Origin: Caecitellus pseudoparvulus
Lineage: Eukaryota > Protista > Bigyra: Bicosoecida
Reading direction: 5' to 3'
DNA length: 64,000 nt
Assembly: GCA_965644315.1 (NCBI GenBank)
Contig: CBFFRQ010000067.1
Location: 124,001-188,000 of the forward strand
The stretch's first letter is position 1; each line of letters starts with the position of its first letter. Both the position numbers and the translations under genes were made by a program. Positions 18,831 to 28,507 of this stretch are shown here, piece after piece. Below the pieces are notes generated by a model. It had not been told where the DNA came from and did not search any database. It saw only the letters and a list, made by a program, of their open reading frames with translations.

Positions 18831-21378
18831 ATGTCGCGTCCTCGCAAGCAACAGCTGGACTTGTCTGGCATGGCACTCGGTGCCAAAGGACCTTCTCTTC
18901 CCTCTGGCCCTCGCGCAAGGTACGTCGTTGGCAAGACGCTCTCTCGTGCTTCGTAGTTGAACACTGACATTGTGTTCCAGGTGCTTGGTTTATTGCCGTG
19001 ATCAAGCCGGGCAAGGCACGCCAGGCGTGCGTGGCTGTGGCTGACAGCCAGCGTCAGCATGCGGGTTCAAATCCCGCACCCAACGAACACAGTCACAGCA
19101 CACCTCATTCCCCCCTCCTGACTCCACAGGGACCCTGAGGAGGAGGCACGTCGTGGCACTATTGGCCCCCGAGGCCCGGCAGCAGTCGTGGAACCTGAGC
19201 GTGAGCTCAACTGGGGCGCCGCCCGCACTGGCCCGTCAGCTGCTGGTGGCGGCGGCTTCGGCCGTGGCCCCGCAGCTGCCACCGCCCCGGCCGCCCGCTC
19301 CGACGGAGACTGGGGCAACCTGCGCGGCAGTGGGCCCAGTGCTCCTGCGCCCTCCCGTGCCCACGATGCTGACAGCTGGGGCAACCTCCGCGGCGGCGGC
19401 GGCAGCTCGAGTGCCAGCAAGTCTGGCAAGTACGTCCCCCCCTCCCAGCGAGGCGGGGGCATGTCCTCAAGCCCCAGCAGCTTCGGCGGCGGCGGTGTCC
19501 GTGACGCGGGCCGCTTCGCCGGCCTCGGTGGCGGCGGTGGTGGCGGCCTGGGCAGTGCCTTTGGCTCCTCTCGCCGAGACGACAGGGGCAGTGGCCGCTT
19601 GGGAGGCATGGGCGGCGGCATGGGTGGGCGCCGTGACAACCCGGCTTTCGCCAGCGCATTCGGCTCCAGCCGCCGCAGTGACTCGTCCATGGGCGGTGCG
19701 GGCCCCGGCAAGTACAGCCTGGGCGGCGTCACAGACCCGGATGGGCCCCGCAAGATGTCCTCGCATGCTCTGGACAAGGCGCAGAGCGGCGTGCGACAGG
19801 AAGCTGCCACCGCCGCCAAGGCTGGGACTCTCACGGGGGCAGGTGAAGCAGAGGCTCACATCGCCGCTCAGGTGGCCAAGGACGAAGAGTTTGTACTGGT
19901 ACGTGCGCTGTCTCGTTGTGCGCCTCTTGCCCTCAGCCGACGCCTCCCAACAGCCCCCCTCCGCCCCGCTCCATGGGCGGAGGGGGGGCAGTCCTCAGGA
20001 CTGGGGGGGCAACAGCATCGCACAGGCTACTGGGCACGACGGCACCGAATATACCCGTGGGGCCGCCGAATAATAGGAACCTGACATCCCCCCCCCTTAC
20101 CCCCCTCACAGCGCACACTGAAGGCCAAGTGGAAGCAAGCCCTGGAGGACTGGCTGTTGAACATGGCCCCCTCCGCCAACGCCACCACCGTCACGACCCT
20201 GGCCACCTACGGCCTGCCGCTCTTCCACAAGGACGCCATGTCCGTCGTGCTGACACGCGCCTGCCGTGCCCGACGTGATGCGGACAAGGAGCGCTACGTG
20301 TCTCTCGCCAACGCCCTGCGCTGCCCCCGAGAGGGCGGCAAGGGCATCCTGGTCACGCCCTCCTCCGTCTGGCACGCCGCCGCCAAGACCCTGACCATGT
20401 TGGAGGCCAAGCCAGACACCTTCCCTGAGACCTCCGCCGTGCTGGCTGACATCCTCAGCGGCATGCTGGCCTCTGACACGCCCCTGCCGGACGACGAGCT
20501 GGTGGAGGCGGAGGAGGACAGCCCCCTGGCGCCTCTTAAGGTGTGGGCCGAGAGCAAGGGCGTCCTGGCCGCGGGCGGCGCGGCGGCTGCTGCCGAGGCG
20601 GCTGACCCCGCCGAGCTGGCAGCGCAGCTGCTGGCCTCTGGGAAGAAGGGCACCGCCCTCGCCGACGCAGCCAAGGAGGCGTTCACGCCTGTGTCCCGCG
20701 ATGCAGCTGCCACGGCATTCTTCGACGCTGTGCTCAGGGTACGTGCTGCGCGCTGTGCTGCTTGTGCTGACACGACACGGGCGCCTGCCGCATGATTACA
20801 CTTGCACTCTGAAACATTCCACTAGCAAAACCTTGCTGAGAACAAACAATATTCCTATGGGTCTGAAGGCAGTCCGCCCCGTGTCTCGTGCCGCTCGCGT
20901 CCCCCCGCACTGCATGCCCCACACCCTCGCACTGCCCACCCCTTCTCACATTTCACAGGCTGCGGCGACAGAGCAGACCCTCGGCAACGTGCGGTGCCCG
21001 TGGGCAGAGGAAGACGTCTACGGTGCCGCGCTGGAGGCTGTTGTGGACGGCAGCGTGACGGCTGGTGTGGCGGCGCTGTTCGCGGTGCAGACGTTCCTGG
21101 ATGCGGCCGGCTGGCCCAAGGGCGTCATCGAGGGCATCTTCCTGAAGTTCTACCAGGAAGACATCGTGGACGACGAGTCCTTCACGCTGTGGAAGAACGA
21201 CGTGACGACTAAGCTGCCCGGGCGCATGCAGGCCATCATGCAGACCAACAAGTGGTTCGCCTGGTTCGCCGAGCAGAGCGCCGAGTCCGACGACGAGGAG
21301 GAGGAAGAGGAGGAGGAGGAGGATGACGAGGACCTGCCTCAGGGCGGCAAGGTCGTCAACTCCGCCGTCTTGCGATGA
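18831..21378 (+). CDS. Translation-factor-like protein: eIF4B-like RG/DWG-repeat N-terminus and C-terminal W2 (eIF4G/eIF5/eIF2Be) domain; exons 18831-18919, 19130-19898, 20112-20738, 20959-21378
   Basis: Frames join through three GT-AG introns (634 aa). LPSGPR, NWGAAR/DWGNLRG/SWGNLRG, KYVPPSQR. W2 AA-boxes FYQEDIVDDESFTLWK and WFAWFAEQSAESDDEEE. Confidence 0.75.
18945..19102 (+). ncRNA. Candidate intronic structured RNA with a tRNA T-arm (unassigned)
   Basis: Inside 210-nt intron 1. Two three-way-junction domains, including TGCGGG-TTCAAAT-CCCGCA at 19060-19078. Confidence 0.4.
19940..20089 (+). ncRNA. Intronic box H/ACA snoRNA, predicted guide for the LSU rRNA site equivalent to yeast 25S Psi2191 (snR32)
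   Basis: Hairpin 1 at 19942-20010, H box ACAGCA at 20012-20017, hairpin 2 (CAGG/CCTG, CGaCGGC/GCCGcCG), ACA at 20084-20086. Pocket strands ACTGGGCA and AAT pair with the conserved LSU sequence AUU-U*C-UGCCCAGU. The pocket is 15 nt from ACA. Confidence 0.8.
20785..20872 (+). ncRNA. Intronic box C/D snoRNA candidate (target not identified)
   Basis: AT-rich island in 220-nt intron 3. C-like ATGATTA at 20792, D' CTGA at 20809, D CTGA at 20863, terminal stem CTGCC/GGCAG and outer stem GACACGGG/CCCGTGTC. Confidence 0.7.
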
Positions 21379-21510
21379 GTGTGTCCTGGCCTGCCTGTTT
21401 GCTCGAATGCAGCGATTGCCTCACACTGCCGCAGCCTGGTCAGATACCACACGCTACACATTCGAGCCGCTGCGCGTGGGGGAGGGGTACCAGTTTGCTA
21501 GGCTGTCGCC

Positions 21511-23262
21511 ATGGAAGAGCTGGAGACGCATGACTTGTTCGTGGCCCGGCATGTTGCCCGACTGGCCGAGTCGCTGGGCCAGCACAGCGGCATGGTTGCT
21601 GCCGAACTCATGCATCTGCGCACCTTCCTCTCTTGCCTCACGGGGCAAGCCGCGAGCGACACAGCCAGGGCGCTGCTGAAGTACTTGCCCCCCATCATGA
21701 CCAAGCTGCACCCTGACTCCCAGACTCCTGCTGTGTGGGGAGCTCTGGGCGCCTTGCAGGCGGACTGCCACCTCGCCTGCGTTTCACATGAAACGGCCGC
21801 CTCCTCTGCTGAAGGCGCTCAAGCCGCGGGAGGGGAGCGGGGGCATGGGAAGGGCACTTCAATGACTCGCCTTGCATCTGTGCAAGCGATGCAACGTGTG
21901 CGCGCCGAGGTGGGAGTCGGAGTGCCCCTGCCCCTGGCGCCATATGGCAAGTGTGCTGCCGACGCTGTGCTTGACCTGGCTTCCCGCGCAGCCCGCATGC
22001 CACACTGCGACCTGTCCAGCGCCACGTTCAAGGCTCACTTGCAGAGGTCGCCTTTTCTGGCTGCCGTCCCTGCCGCATCCTGGGGAGAGGGCGCAGCTGC
22101 CGCTGCCCTGCACGCTGTGTGGCTCGGCGTGGGCAGCCCGGTGCTGGGGGAAGACGTGCCTCCCCGCTGCCGTGCCCTGGCGTGCCTGGGGCCGCTCGTG
22201 GCGCTGGGCCCACATACCAGCCATGTCCTGCGCAGCGTGGTGCCGATCACTCTCTCAGGACAAGAGATCGCACCGCACGTCGGCGCGTCGCCGCTGCATT
22301 TCCTCAAACACTCACAACGCCCTGCGCGCCTGGCAGACCTGCTGTTCCGACTGAAAGCGGGAAACGTCTTTGCACCAGCACCCCAGCGTGGCCCAGTTCG
22401 TGCCCCCGACCGCCGCAGGCGTGCATTTAGGAGGCAGGCCCGACTCGCCCTCCCAGCGTCCCCTGCCAACGCTGCCCAGCTGCAGGCTGGCGGGCCCAGC
22501 AGTGCAGAGGGCACCGGGAGCGACTCAGACTCATCGGCGCTAGTCATTGTATCTCAGGACACGAAGCACGAGGAAGACGGCGGGCTGGAGGCCACCATGT
22601 GCACGCTGCAGGCAGCGCTCCGGCGCAATCGCCGCCACGACCTGGGCGCCGAGAGCCCAGGTCGGTACCAGCCCTCCCTGGTGCTGGCGGAAGCGTGGCA
22701 GTACCAGGCGTTGGTGTTACAGGCCAAAATGGAAGGGGAGCCTGTGGAGGACAGCTTTGTGGCGCAGTTGCTGAGCTTCATCGAGTCCTGGGATGGTGCG
22801 TTTCAGGACGTCGCCTGGCACCAGGCCGTGCGTGGGCTGGCGGATGCGATGGACATGCTGCGGGGATGGAGCGAGCCGACCCTGGCCAGCATTGCCCATC
22901 GGCCCAAGCGCCTGCGAAGGGAAGAGGCCCCCTCCCTTGCCAGCCGCCCGGCTACTGCTTCAAGTGCCGCTGCTTCAAGTGCCGCTGCTCCAAGTGCTGC
23001 TGGCGTGCCGCCAAGCAAGTTTGCGCGAGGCGGTGCTAAGGCTGGCAGCGTCCCCCGCACACCCTCTCCCAGTGTGGACGAGGATCTGACAGGGCATATC
23101 CTGCGTGTGGGGAACTCCTCTGCGGTGCGGGCGTCGGGGGGTGGCCGCCCGAAGGTGTTGGGCCGCTTCAAAGCCAGCCCCAGCCGCGCAGCCCACCAAG
23201 CCAGCCAGCAAGGCGCCGAGTCCGACTCTTCATTTGAGTTTTGGTTCGAAGACGCAGCCTGA
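21511..23262 (+). CDS. Hypothetical protein (583 aa)
   Basis: Long ATG-initiated ORF with GCCATGG context. No recognisable domain; basic NLS-like RPKRLRR. Confidence 0.6.
   Translation: MEELETHDLFVARHVARLAESLGQHSGMVAAELMHLRTFLSCLTGQAASDTARALLKYLPPIMTKLHPDSQTPAVWGALGALQADCHLACVSHETAASSAEGAQAAGGERGHGKGTSMTRLASVQAMQRVRAEVGVGVPLPLAPYGKCAADAVLDLASRAARMPHCDLSSATFKAHLQRSPFLAAVPAASWGEGAAAAALHAVWLGVGSPVLGEDVPPRCRALACLGPLVALGPHTSHVLRSVVPITLSGQEIAPHVGASPLHFLKHSQRPARLADLLFRLKAGNVFAPAPQRGPVRAPDRRRRAFRRQARLALPASPANAAQLQAGGPSSAEGTGSDSDSSALVIVSQDTKHEEDGGLEATMCTLQAALRRNRRHDLGAESPGRYQPSLVLAEAWQYQALVLQAKMEGEPVEDSFVAQLLSFIESWDGAFQDVAWHQAVRGLADAMDMLRGWSEPTLASIAHRPKRLRREEAPSLASRPATASSAAASSAAAPSAAGVPPSKFARGGAKAGSVPRTPSPSVDEDLTGHILRVGNSSAVRASGGGRPKVLGRFKASPSRAAHQASQQGAESDSSFEFWFEDAA
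22955..23002 (+). repeat. 15-bp in-frame tandem repeat x3 (CTGCTTCAAGTGCCG)
   Basis: Three copies, encoding ASSAA-type repeats. Confidence 0.85.
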
Positions 23263-23280
23263 AGGCGGTGTGCCCTCGTG

Positions 23281-26250
23281 CTACGGCGCTGCCGCCCCTC
23301 CCAGCTGTTCGCGAAGAGCGGAGATTTGGCTGCGCAGGTCAGCCACAGTGACTGAGTCCTGCTGCTTGGCGGCCTTGCCCAGGGCCACAGTGGAGCAGCG
23401 CTGGGCGAAACGCAAGGAGCCGATGCTCTCGGGTGCGTTCCATGCGGTGGGGGAGACGTTCACGATCATGAGCACCTTGCTCCCTCCGCCGAGGGAGTCT
23501 GACAGCAGGTGTGTCAGTTTCGAGTTGCGAAACGGCACGTGCGTGGTGCGGCCGGGAGCAGAGCCGCGGGCACCCAGCGCTGCCACGACATCGCCCAATG
23601 CAGACAAGGACTTGTTGATGTGCTGTGCCTCCTTCAGACGTGCGCCTGTCGCGTCGGTCTTGGCGACACGCTCCGAGCCCGCCAAGTCGATCAAGTGCAA
23701 TTTTGAGGAGGTGCTGCTGCCGTTGGCGTGGCGCACGTGGGCTGCCACGGTCACGACCAGGTGGCTGCGGGAGGAGTGCTCGTTCATGTCGTGGCCGCCC
23801 ACGGCCCGTGCGTCCCCCGCCGCCTGCATGAGGGCCAGCACTTGCGCCGGGCTGTCCACGGCCCGCTGCGTCAGCCCCTCCACCTCCATCTCGCCACCCC
23901 GCCCACGGCGCAGCTGCAGCCCCCCCGCAGGGGCCGCCCCATCCCGCAGCAAGTCCCGAATGTTCTCGTTGTAGATCTCCAGGACGCTGACGGAGATGGT
24001 GGCGTCTTGCAACGTGCCGCTGCCGCGGCGGTGAGCCGCCGACTGGAACAGCGCACGCAGGGAACGCACGTTCACGCCGGGCTCCTCGGCTGTCCCCTGC
24101 ATCGTGTGGGTTTTCCCACTGCCTGTCTGCCCGTATGCGAAAATGCAGACGTTGTACCCGTCTAGAACTGTGTCCACCAGGGGCTGCACCTCTTCAAACA
24201 CGTCTTGCTGGTTGGAGGTGGGGTGAAACACCCGCTGGAACTCAAACGCGTGCTGGCGCCCCCGCCCGTCCACCATGCCCAGGAAACCCCCATTGGCGGG
24301 GTCAAACCGCGTCACTTCCTGCCCTGCACCTGACTCCTCCTCCACCGGCAGCACAGGCCGCACGCGTGCGAGGACACGCACATTGCCGCGCAAGTCGATG
24401 AGCTGCTGCGCCAGCTTGCGCCGTTCGGAGGATTCGCGCTGGTACAGTCCACGGGCAGCATCGCGCTCAGCCCGCAAAGCGGCGATCTCTGCCGTGGCCT
24501 TGTCGCGCTCCAGGGCACGCACTTCCTCCAACTGCTGCGTGGTTGCCTCCCGCTGCGCCTGCAGCCGAGCCTCCCACCGCGCCGCCTCCTCCGCCACCGC
24601 TGCCGCCAAGGCAGAAGCGCCCCCTCGAGCGGCCTCCTCTTGTGCAGCCTGCACTGCAGCTGCAAGCTTGCCCTCCAACGCCTGTACCACTGCAGAGTGC
24701 TTGGCTTCGGCAGAAGTGGCGGCAGCGCTTGCGGCTGCTTCGGTGTCCCGAAGCTTTGCTTTCGCATCCGCGAGCTCCTTGGCTGCTTCTGCCTGCTGCT
24801 CTGCCAGCTGTGCGCGCAGTGCGCTGACTTCACTCGTGTGTGCGTGCCTCTCTGCCTCCAGCGTCTGCCAGACACCCTGCAACTCAGCAGCCGACGCTGC
24901 CGCCGCCTGCTCCGCACCCCCCGCACCTTGCAGGCTCTGCTGCAACGCCTGGATCTGCGCCCGTAACTGTTCGCCTTCTTCGGTTAACTTGGTCACCTGC
25001 TGCTGTGCCGCCTGGTGTGCTGCGGCAAGCTGCTGCGACTCATCTCGCAGACCCGCCACTTCGCTTTCCGCGTCACTTGCCCTTTGGGCAGCTTGCTCTG
25101 CGCTGGCCAACTGCACAGTCAGAGCCTGCACTTGCTCTTGCAAGGCTTGAGTGTCCGCTGCATGGGCATCACGCAGATCCTGCAGCTGTATGGCATGCTG
25201 CTTTTTCGCCTCGGCAAGCTCCGCTGCAGCGCTCGATGCAGCGCTCGCCGCAGCACTTTGCACGGCACTTTCCTGCCCAGCCTGCGCCTCTGCGCGGGCC
25301 TCATCTCGCCCTCGCACGTACTCTTCCAAGGCAGACTTTTGAGCGTCCGACACGCGCTGGATCCACTCCAGTTTCTCTGCCGTGTGCCGTTCCCGCAGAG
25401 CGTCCAGCTCCGTCTGTTTCGCCAGAAAACGGTCTGTCCACTCGGCTATGTTGGCGCGGTGCTCCACCTGCAGGCGTGTAATGGCGTCGGCAAGCGCTGC
25501 AGATTCCTCCAGGGCTGCATCCCGCTCTCGAGCGGGCGTGGCCTGCTCCGCAGCTGCTTCCTCGACAGCAGCCCCTTCCCCTGCGCCGGCTGACGAAGCT
25601 GGGGCCTGAGGGGGCACACGCTGAGGCGCTCCAGCGGAAGGCTGGTCAGACGACTCGACGACTGACTCTGCCCATGCCCGTTTGGGGGTGCTGGGTGCGT
25701 GTCGGGGACTGTCGGGGGTTTGCGGCACGGCAGGCGGCTGCGCTGCAGTCGGCGACAGAGCCCCGGCACTGGCCTGTTGGGCACGCAGGACAGCGGGGTC
25801 TTTCTTCCCCGTGAACGGATGGTGCCACTGGCACTCGTTCGTTTCCGGGTTCCAGTAGTATGGCAGTCCACTGCGACTCTCGCGCTTTACCCAGGTGCTG
25901 TGGCGCGCCTTGCCTCGCCGGCGTGGCGAAGCCACGGCCGGGCTTGAGAAGCTTGCCCCCGAGCTGGGCTCCACGCCGTGGGCCTGCTCCATGATGGCTT
26001 GGGCACTTTGTGCATCCAGCGTGTCGGGGACCTCCCACGAAGACACGCCAGTGTGGTGGTTGTACCTGCAGGGCGTCGAAGAATGGTGCAGCTCACTGGC
26101 AACGGGCGTGCAAGCTCGCTGTGCCACGCACCAGTAGAAGCGCCCTGACGCAGCATCCATGCCGTACGTCCAACCATGCTCTGCATCACCATGCTCCTCC
26201 CATTCCTCTTGTGAACCGTAGCTCTGGTGTGCCTCCTCGCCCCACTGCAT
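23281..26250 (-). CDS. Kinesin-14 (C-terminal motor) with two N-terminal WW domains; in-frame intron 26066-26131
   Basis: GNVRVLARVRP, FAYGQTGSGKTHTM, MNEHSSRSH, LIDLAGSER, HVPFRNSKLT and a coiled-coil stalk. WW motifs GW...SGRFYWYNHHTGVSSWEVP (after splicing) and TWVKRESRSGLPYYWNPETNECQWHHP. Confidence 0.92.
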   Translation of the reverse strand: MQWGEEAHQSYGSQEEWEEHGDAEHGWTYGMDAASGRFYWCVAQRACTPVASELHHSSTPCRYNHHTGVSSWEVPDTLDAQSAQAIMEQAHGVEPSSGASFSSPAVASPRRRGKARHSTWVKRESRSGLPYYWNPETNECQWHHPFTGKKDPAVLRAQQASAGALSPTAAQPPAVPQTPDSPRHAPSTPKRAWAESVVESSDQPSAGAPQRVPPQAPASSAGAGEGAAVEEAAAEQATPARERDAALEESAALADAITRLQVEHRANIAEWTDRFLAKQTELDALRERHTAEKLEWIQRVSDAQKSALEEYVRGRDEARAEAQAGQESAVQSAAASAASSAAAELAEAKKQHAIQLQDLRDAHAADTQALQEQVQALTVQLASAEQAAQRASDAESEVAGLRDESQQLAAAHQAAQQQVTKLTEEGEQLRAQIQALQQSLQGAGGAEQAAAASAAELQGVWQTLEAERHAHTSEVSALRAQLAEQQAEAAKELADAKAKLRDTEAAASAAATSAEAKHSAVVQALEGKLAAAVQAAQEEAARGGASALAAAVAEEAARWEARLQAQREATTQQLEEVRALERDKATAEIAALRAERDAARGLYQRESSERRKLAQQLIDLRGNVRVLARVRPVLPVEEESGAGQEVTRFDPANGGFLGMVDGRGRQHAFEFQRVFHPTSNQQDVFEEVQPLVDTVLDGYNVCIFAYGQTGSGKTHTMQGTAEEPGVNVRSLRALFQSAAHRRGSGTLQDATISVSVLEIYNENIRDLLRDGAAPAGGLQLRRGRGGEMEVEGLTQRAVDSPAQVLALMQAAGDARAVGGHDMNEHSSRSHLVVTVAAHVRHANGSSTSSKLHLIDLAGSERVAKTDATGARLKEAQHINKSLSALGDVVAALGARGSAPGRTTHVPFRNSKLTHLLSDSLGGGSKVLMIVNVSPTAWNAPESIGSLRFAQRCSTVALGKAAKQQDSVTVADLRSQISALREQLGGAAAP

Positions 26251-26270
26251 GGCGACTGTTGTGAGCACCC

Positions 26271-26280
26271 CAATTTCCGC
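26271..26280. promoter_or_regulatory. CAATTTCCGC motif in the divergent kinesin/PEX10 promoter
   Basis: 20 nt upstream of the kinesin ATG at 26250. Confidence 0.5.
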
Positions 26281-26766
26281 ACCAGCAGTGACTTCCTTTG
26301 CGCGTGCAAAGCAAAGCACCTGGCTGAGCGAGCTGAGATGATTACTCTAATAAGAAGGCAATGTGCTGTACGTTCTGAGTTTGATTTACTGCAGCGTGTG
26401 ATGTGTGCCATGCAGCCCGGGCTCGTTTCTGAGCAAGATCTCCGTAGCTTGCACACACTGCGCCTCGCTCAAAATCTCATGTCGCAGAGAAACTCTTGGC
26501 CTGAACAACTGCGTGCAATTGTGAATGACCGTAGCTCGCGCAGTGGACCGGGACCAGCCGCAAGACTGAGAGCGGTCCACTCGCTCAAGCGCCGCAGCGG
26601 AAGCCTTGCCGGGGTGGCGCAGCCCGTGGCGCAGCGCATGCGGGGGCTTTGAAACTGGCTGAATAGATCTTCTCCCGGTGTGCCCTGTCTTGGACAGCCG
26701 AGCCCGTGCTTTTGGCCGCAGGATACCGCGAGGCACCTGCAACACGACACCACACACCAGCCAGCC

Positions 26767-28329
26767 ATGAGGCGTGCGACGCCCATTCAGCAGCAGTTGG
26801 AAGAGGAGCGCGATCACCTGTATGAGTCTGACCTGTTTACTTCCTTGCTTCCACTGTGTGAGCGGATGCTCGGCGGCCGCCTGGCAGGTGCACTGCTGCC
26901 GGAGGTGAGGCAACGAAACACCGGCGAAACGCAACTCCAACTTCGCCCCTCACTCCGCACACATGCCTTTTCACAGATCAAGTTGACCAGCGATTTAATC
27001 TATGGGTCCCAAACACTGCTGCGTGGGGTGCAGACTGTGGGACAGGAGCACGCCGGCACGCTGCTGGCCCACGTGGCTGGGCCTGGTGCTTTGATGGCGG
27101 CCTCGCCCATGACCCGCCTCGCGCTGCTCCTCGAGCGAGCCGGCATGGAGTACCTGGGCAAGCGAGCTGCCCTGGGGTTTGCCCCGCTGTGGCAGGTGCT
27201 CTCTCTCCCGCCACTCCGCTTGACTCGAGGCCTGGAGCCGCTACCGCCCAGCCCGCCACCCGCGTCAGCTAGCACCAGCACAGCCCAGCGAATGCTGGGG
27301 ACAGCGGCGCGGCTGGCATGGAATGCGTCATGCTTGGCTCAGAGACTCTGCATTCAAGGCACGGCCCGTGCGCTGCGTGGCGCTGCTGTGGCGTTGCAGC
27401 TGGCTGGGAGGTTGACTCGCCTCAGCGTGCGAGCGGCAACGCGAGTGCTGGCCATGCTGTGGTGGCTGTGGTGGCAGCTCAGTCGATTCTTGGTGCACCG
27501 CACAGTGCAGGGCCTGCTGGCAGCCTGGGAGGCCGTTCGAGTGCGTCTGCCGCCTGAGCAGCAGCCAGAGCCACTGCCACCCCTGCCACCGCACCAAACG
27601 GCCACCCTGGCCAGCGGAGTGGAATTTGCGTCTGCTGCAGACGAAGCAGCTGGGCGAATCGTGGATATGTTTGGCAGAGTGGTGTGCGGCCGAGGTAGCC
27701 CCCGCTTGATGTTGGCACTGGGCGCAGCTGCGCTGCTGTGGCGGGCGCGTTTCTTCAGCAGCCAACGGCACAGAACGCTGGCGCACGCCCTGGCGAGGGT
27801 GGAGGTCGTCTGCCCCGCCTCCCTCCCCTTGCCGTCCTTGCAGCCCAACTACAGGCTGCTGGGCTGGATGCTGTGGCTGCGTGGCAGCGTTGCGTTGCTG
27901 TCTGCGGCAACGCCACCACCCGTGCGGCAACTGCTCGGCGAGGCGTTGGAGGGAGCCCACGAGCTGCTGGTGGAGCTGTGGGAGGCCATTCTGCACGACC
28001 CTGAAGCTGATGAAGAGGAGGAGGGGCGTGAGGCGCAGGAGCAAGTGCGGGTATCAGCCGTGGCTTTGCCGCAAGCCAACGACACGCCCAGCGACGCTGA
28101 GCTTGAGCAGCAGGCTGCGGAAGATGGTGGGCTCGAGGCACCACAGCCTGCCACCGACGTGGAGCTGCCCTGTGCCATCTGCCTGGACACTGCCTGCCGG
28201 CCATGCTGCCTGCCGTGCGGCCACACGTATTGCTGGGCGTGTGCGGCGAGGTGGGTGGCAACGCAGCAACGCAAGTGCCCGCAGTGCCGCGCGCCCTGTC
28301 AGCCCCAGCAACTCCTGGCCATTGTTTGA
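26767..28329 (+). CDS. PEX10: Peroxisomal RING peroxin, PEX10-like; probable in-frame intron 26905-26976
   Basis: C-terminal C3HC4 RING (CAIC...PCGHTYCWAC...CPQCR). QTVGQEH resembles PEX10 TLGEEY. NYRLLG motif and hydrophobic segments. Confidence 0.6.
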   Translation: MRRATPIQQQLEEERDHLYESDLFTSLLPLCERMLGGRLAGALLPEVRQRNTGETQLQLRPSLRTHAFSQIKLTSDLIYGSQTLLRGVQTVGQEHAGTLLAHVAGPGALMAASPMTRLALLLERAGMEYLGKRAALGFAPLWQVLSLPPLRLTRGLEPLPPSPPPASASTSTAQRMLGTAARLAWNASCLAQRLCIQGTARALRGAAVALQLAGRLTRLSVRAATRVLAMLWWLWWQLSRFLVHRTVQGLLAAWEAVRVRLPPEQQPEPLPPLPPHQTATLASGVEFASAADEAAGRIVDMFGRVVCGRGSPRLMLALGAAALLWRARFFSSQRHRTLAHALARVEVVCPASLPLPSLQPNYRLLGWMLWLRGSVALLSAATPPPVRQLLGEALEGAHELLVELWEAILHDPEADEEEEGREAQEQVRVSAVALPQANDTPSDAELEQQAAEDGGLEAPQPATDVELPCAICLDTACRPCCLPCGHTYCWACAARWVATQQRKCPQCRAPCQPQQLLAIV

Positions 28330-28507
28330 GTATGACTCAAGAGTGTCAGGTTGTGTCATTTCCTAGGTCTCAACCCGTTTTCGGAAGCGTCTGCTCGAAA
28401 TAGTCGCCACGGTACGCATGCAATGCAGCAGCAGTACAAATGCATTCTCGCATGTCGTGGTCTCCAGAGGGGCTACTTCACACAGATCAATCTCCTCCAA
28501 CTTCTGT

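Noticed and set aside
18995-19090. Canonical tRNA gene suggested by GGTTCAAATCCC
   Set aside because: No 5' strand pairs with the would-be acceptor ACCCAAC and there is no valid anticodon loop. Kept only as an unassigned structured element.
19031-19096. Hammerhead ribozyme or TPP riboswitch
   Set aside because: Lacks the CUGANGA/GAAA core and the CUGAGA/CUGAU TPP motifs.
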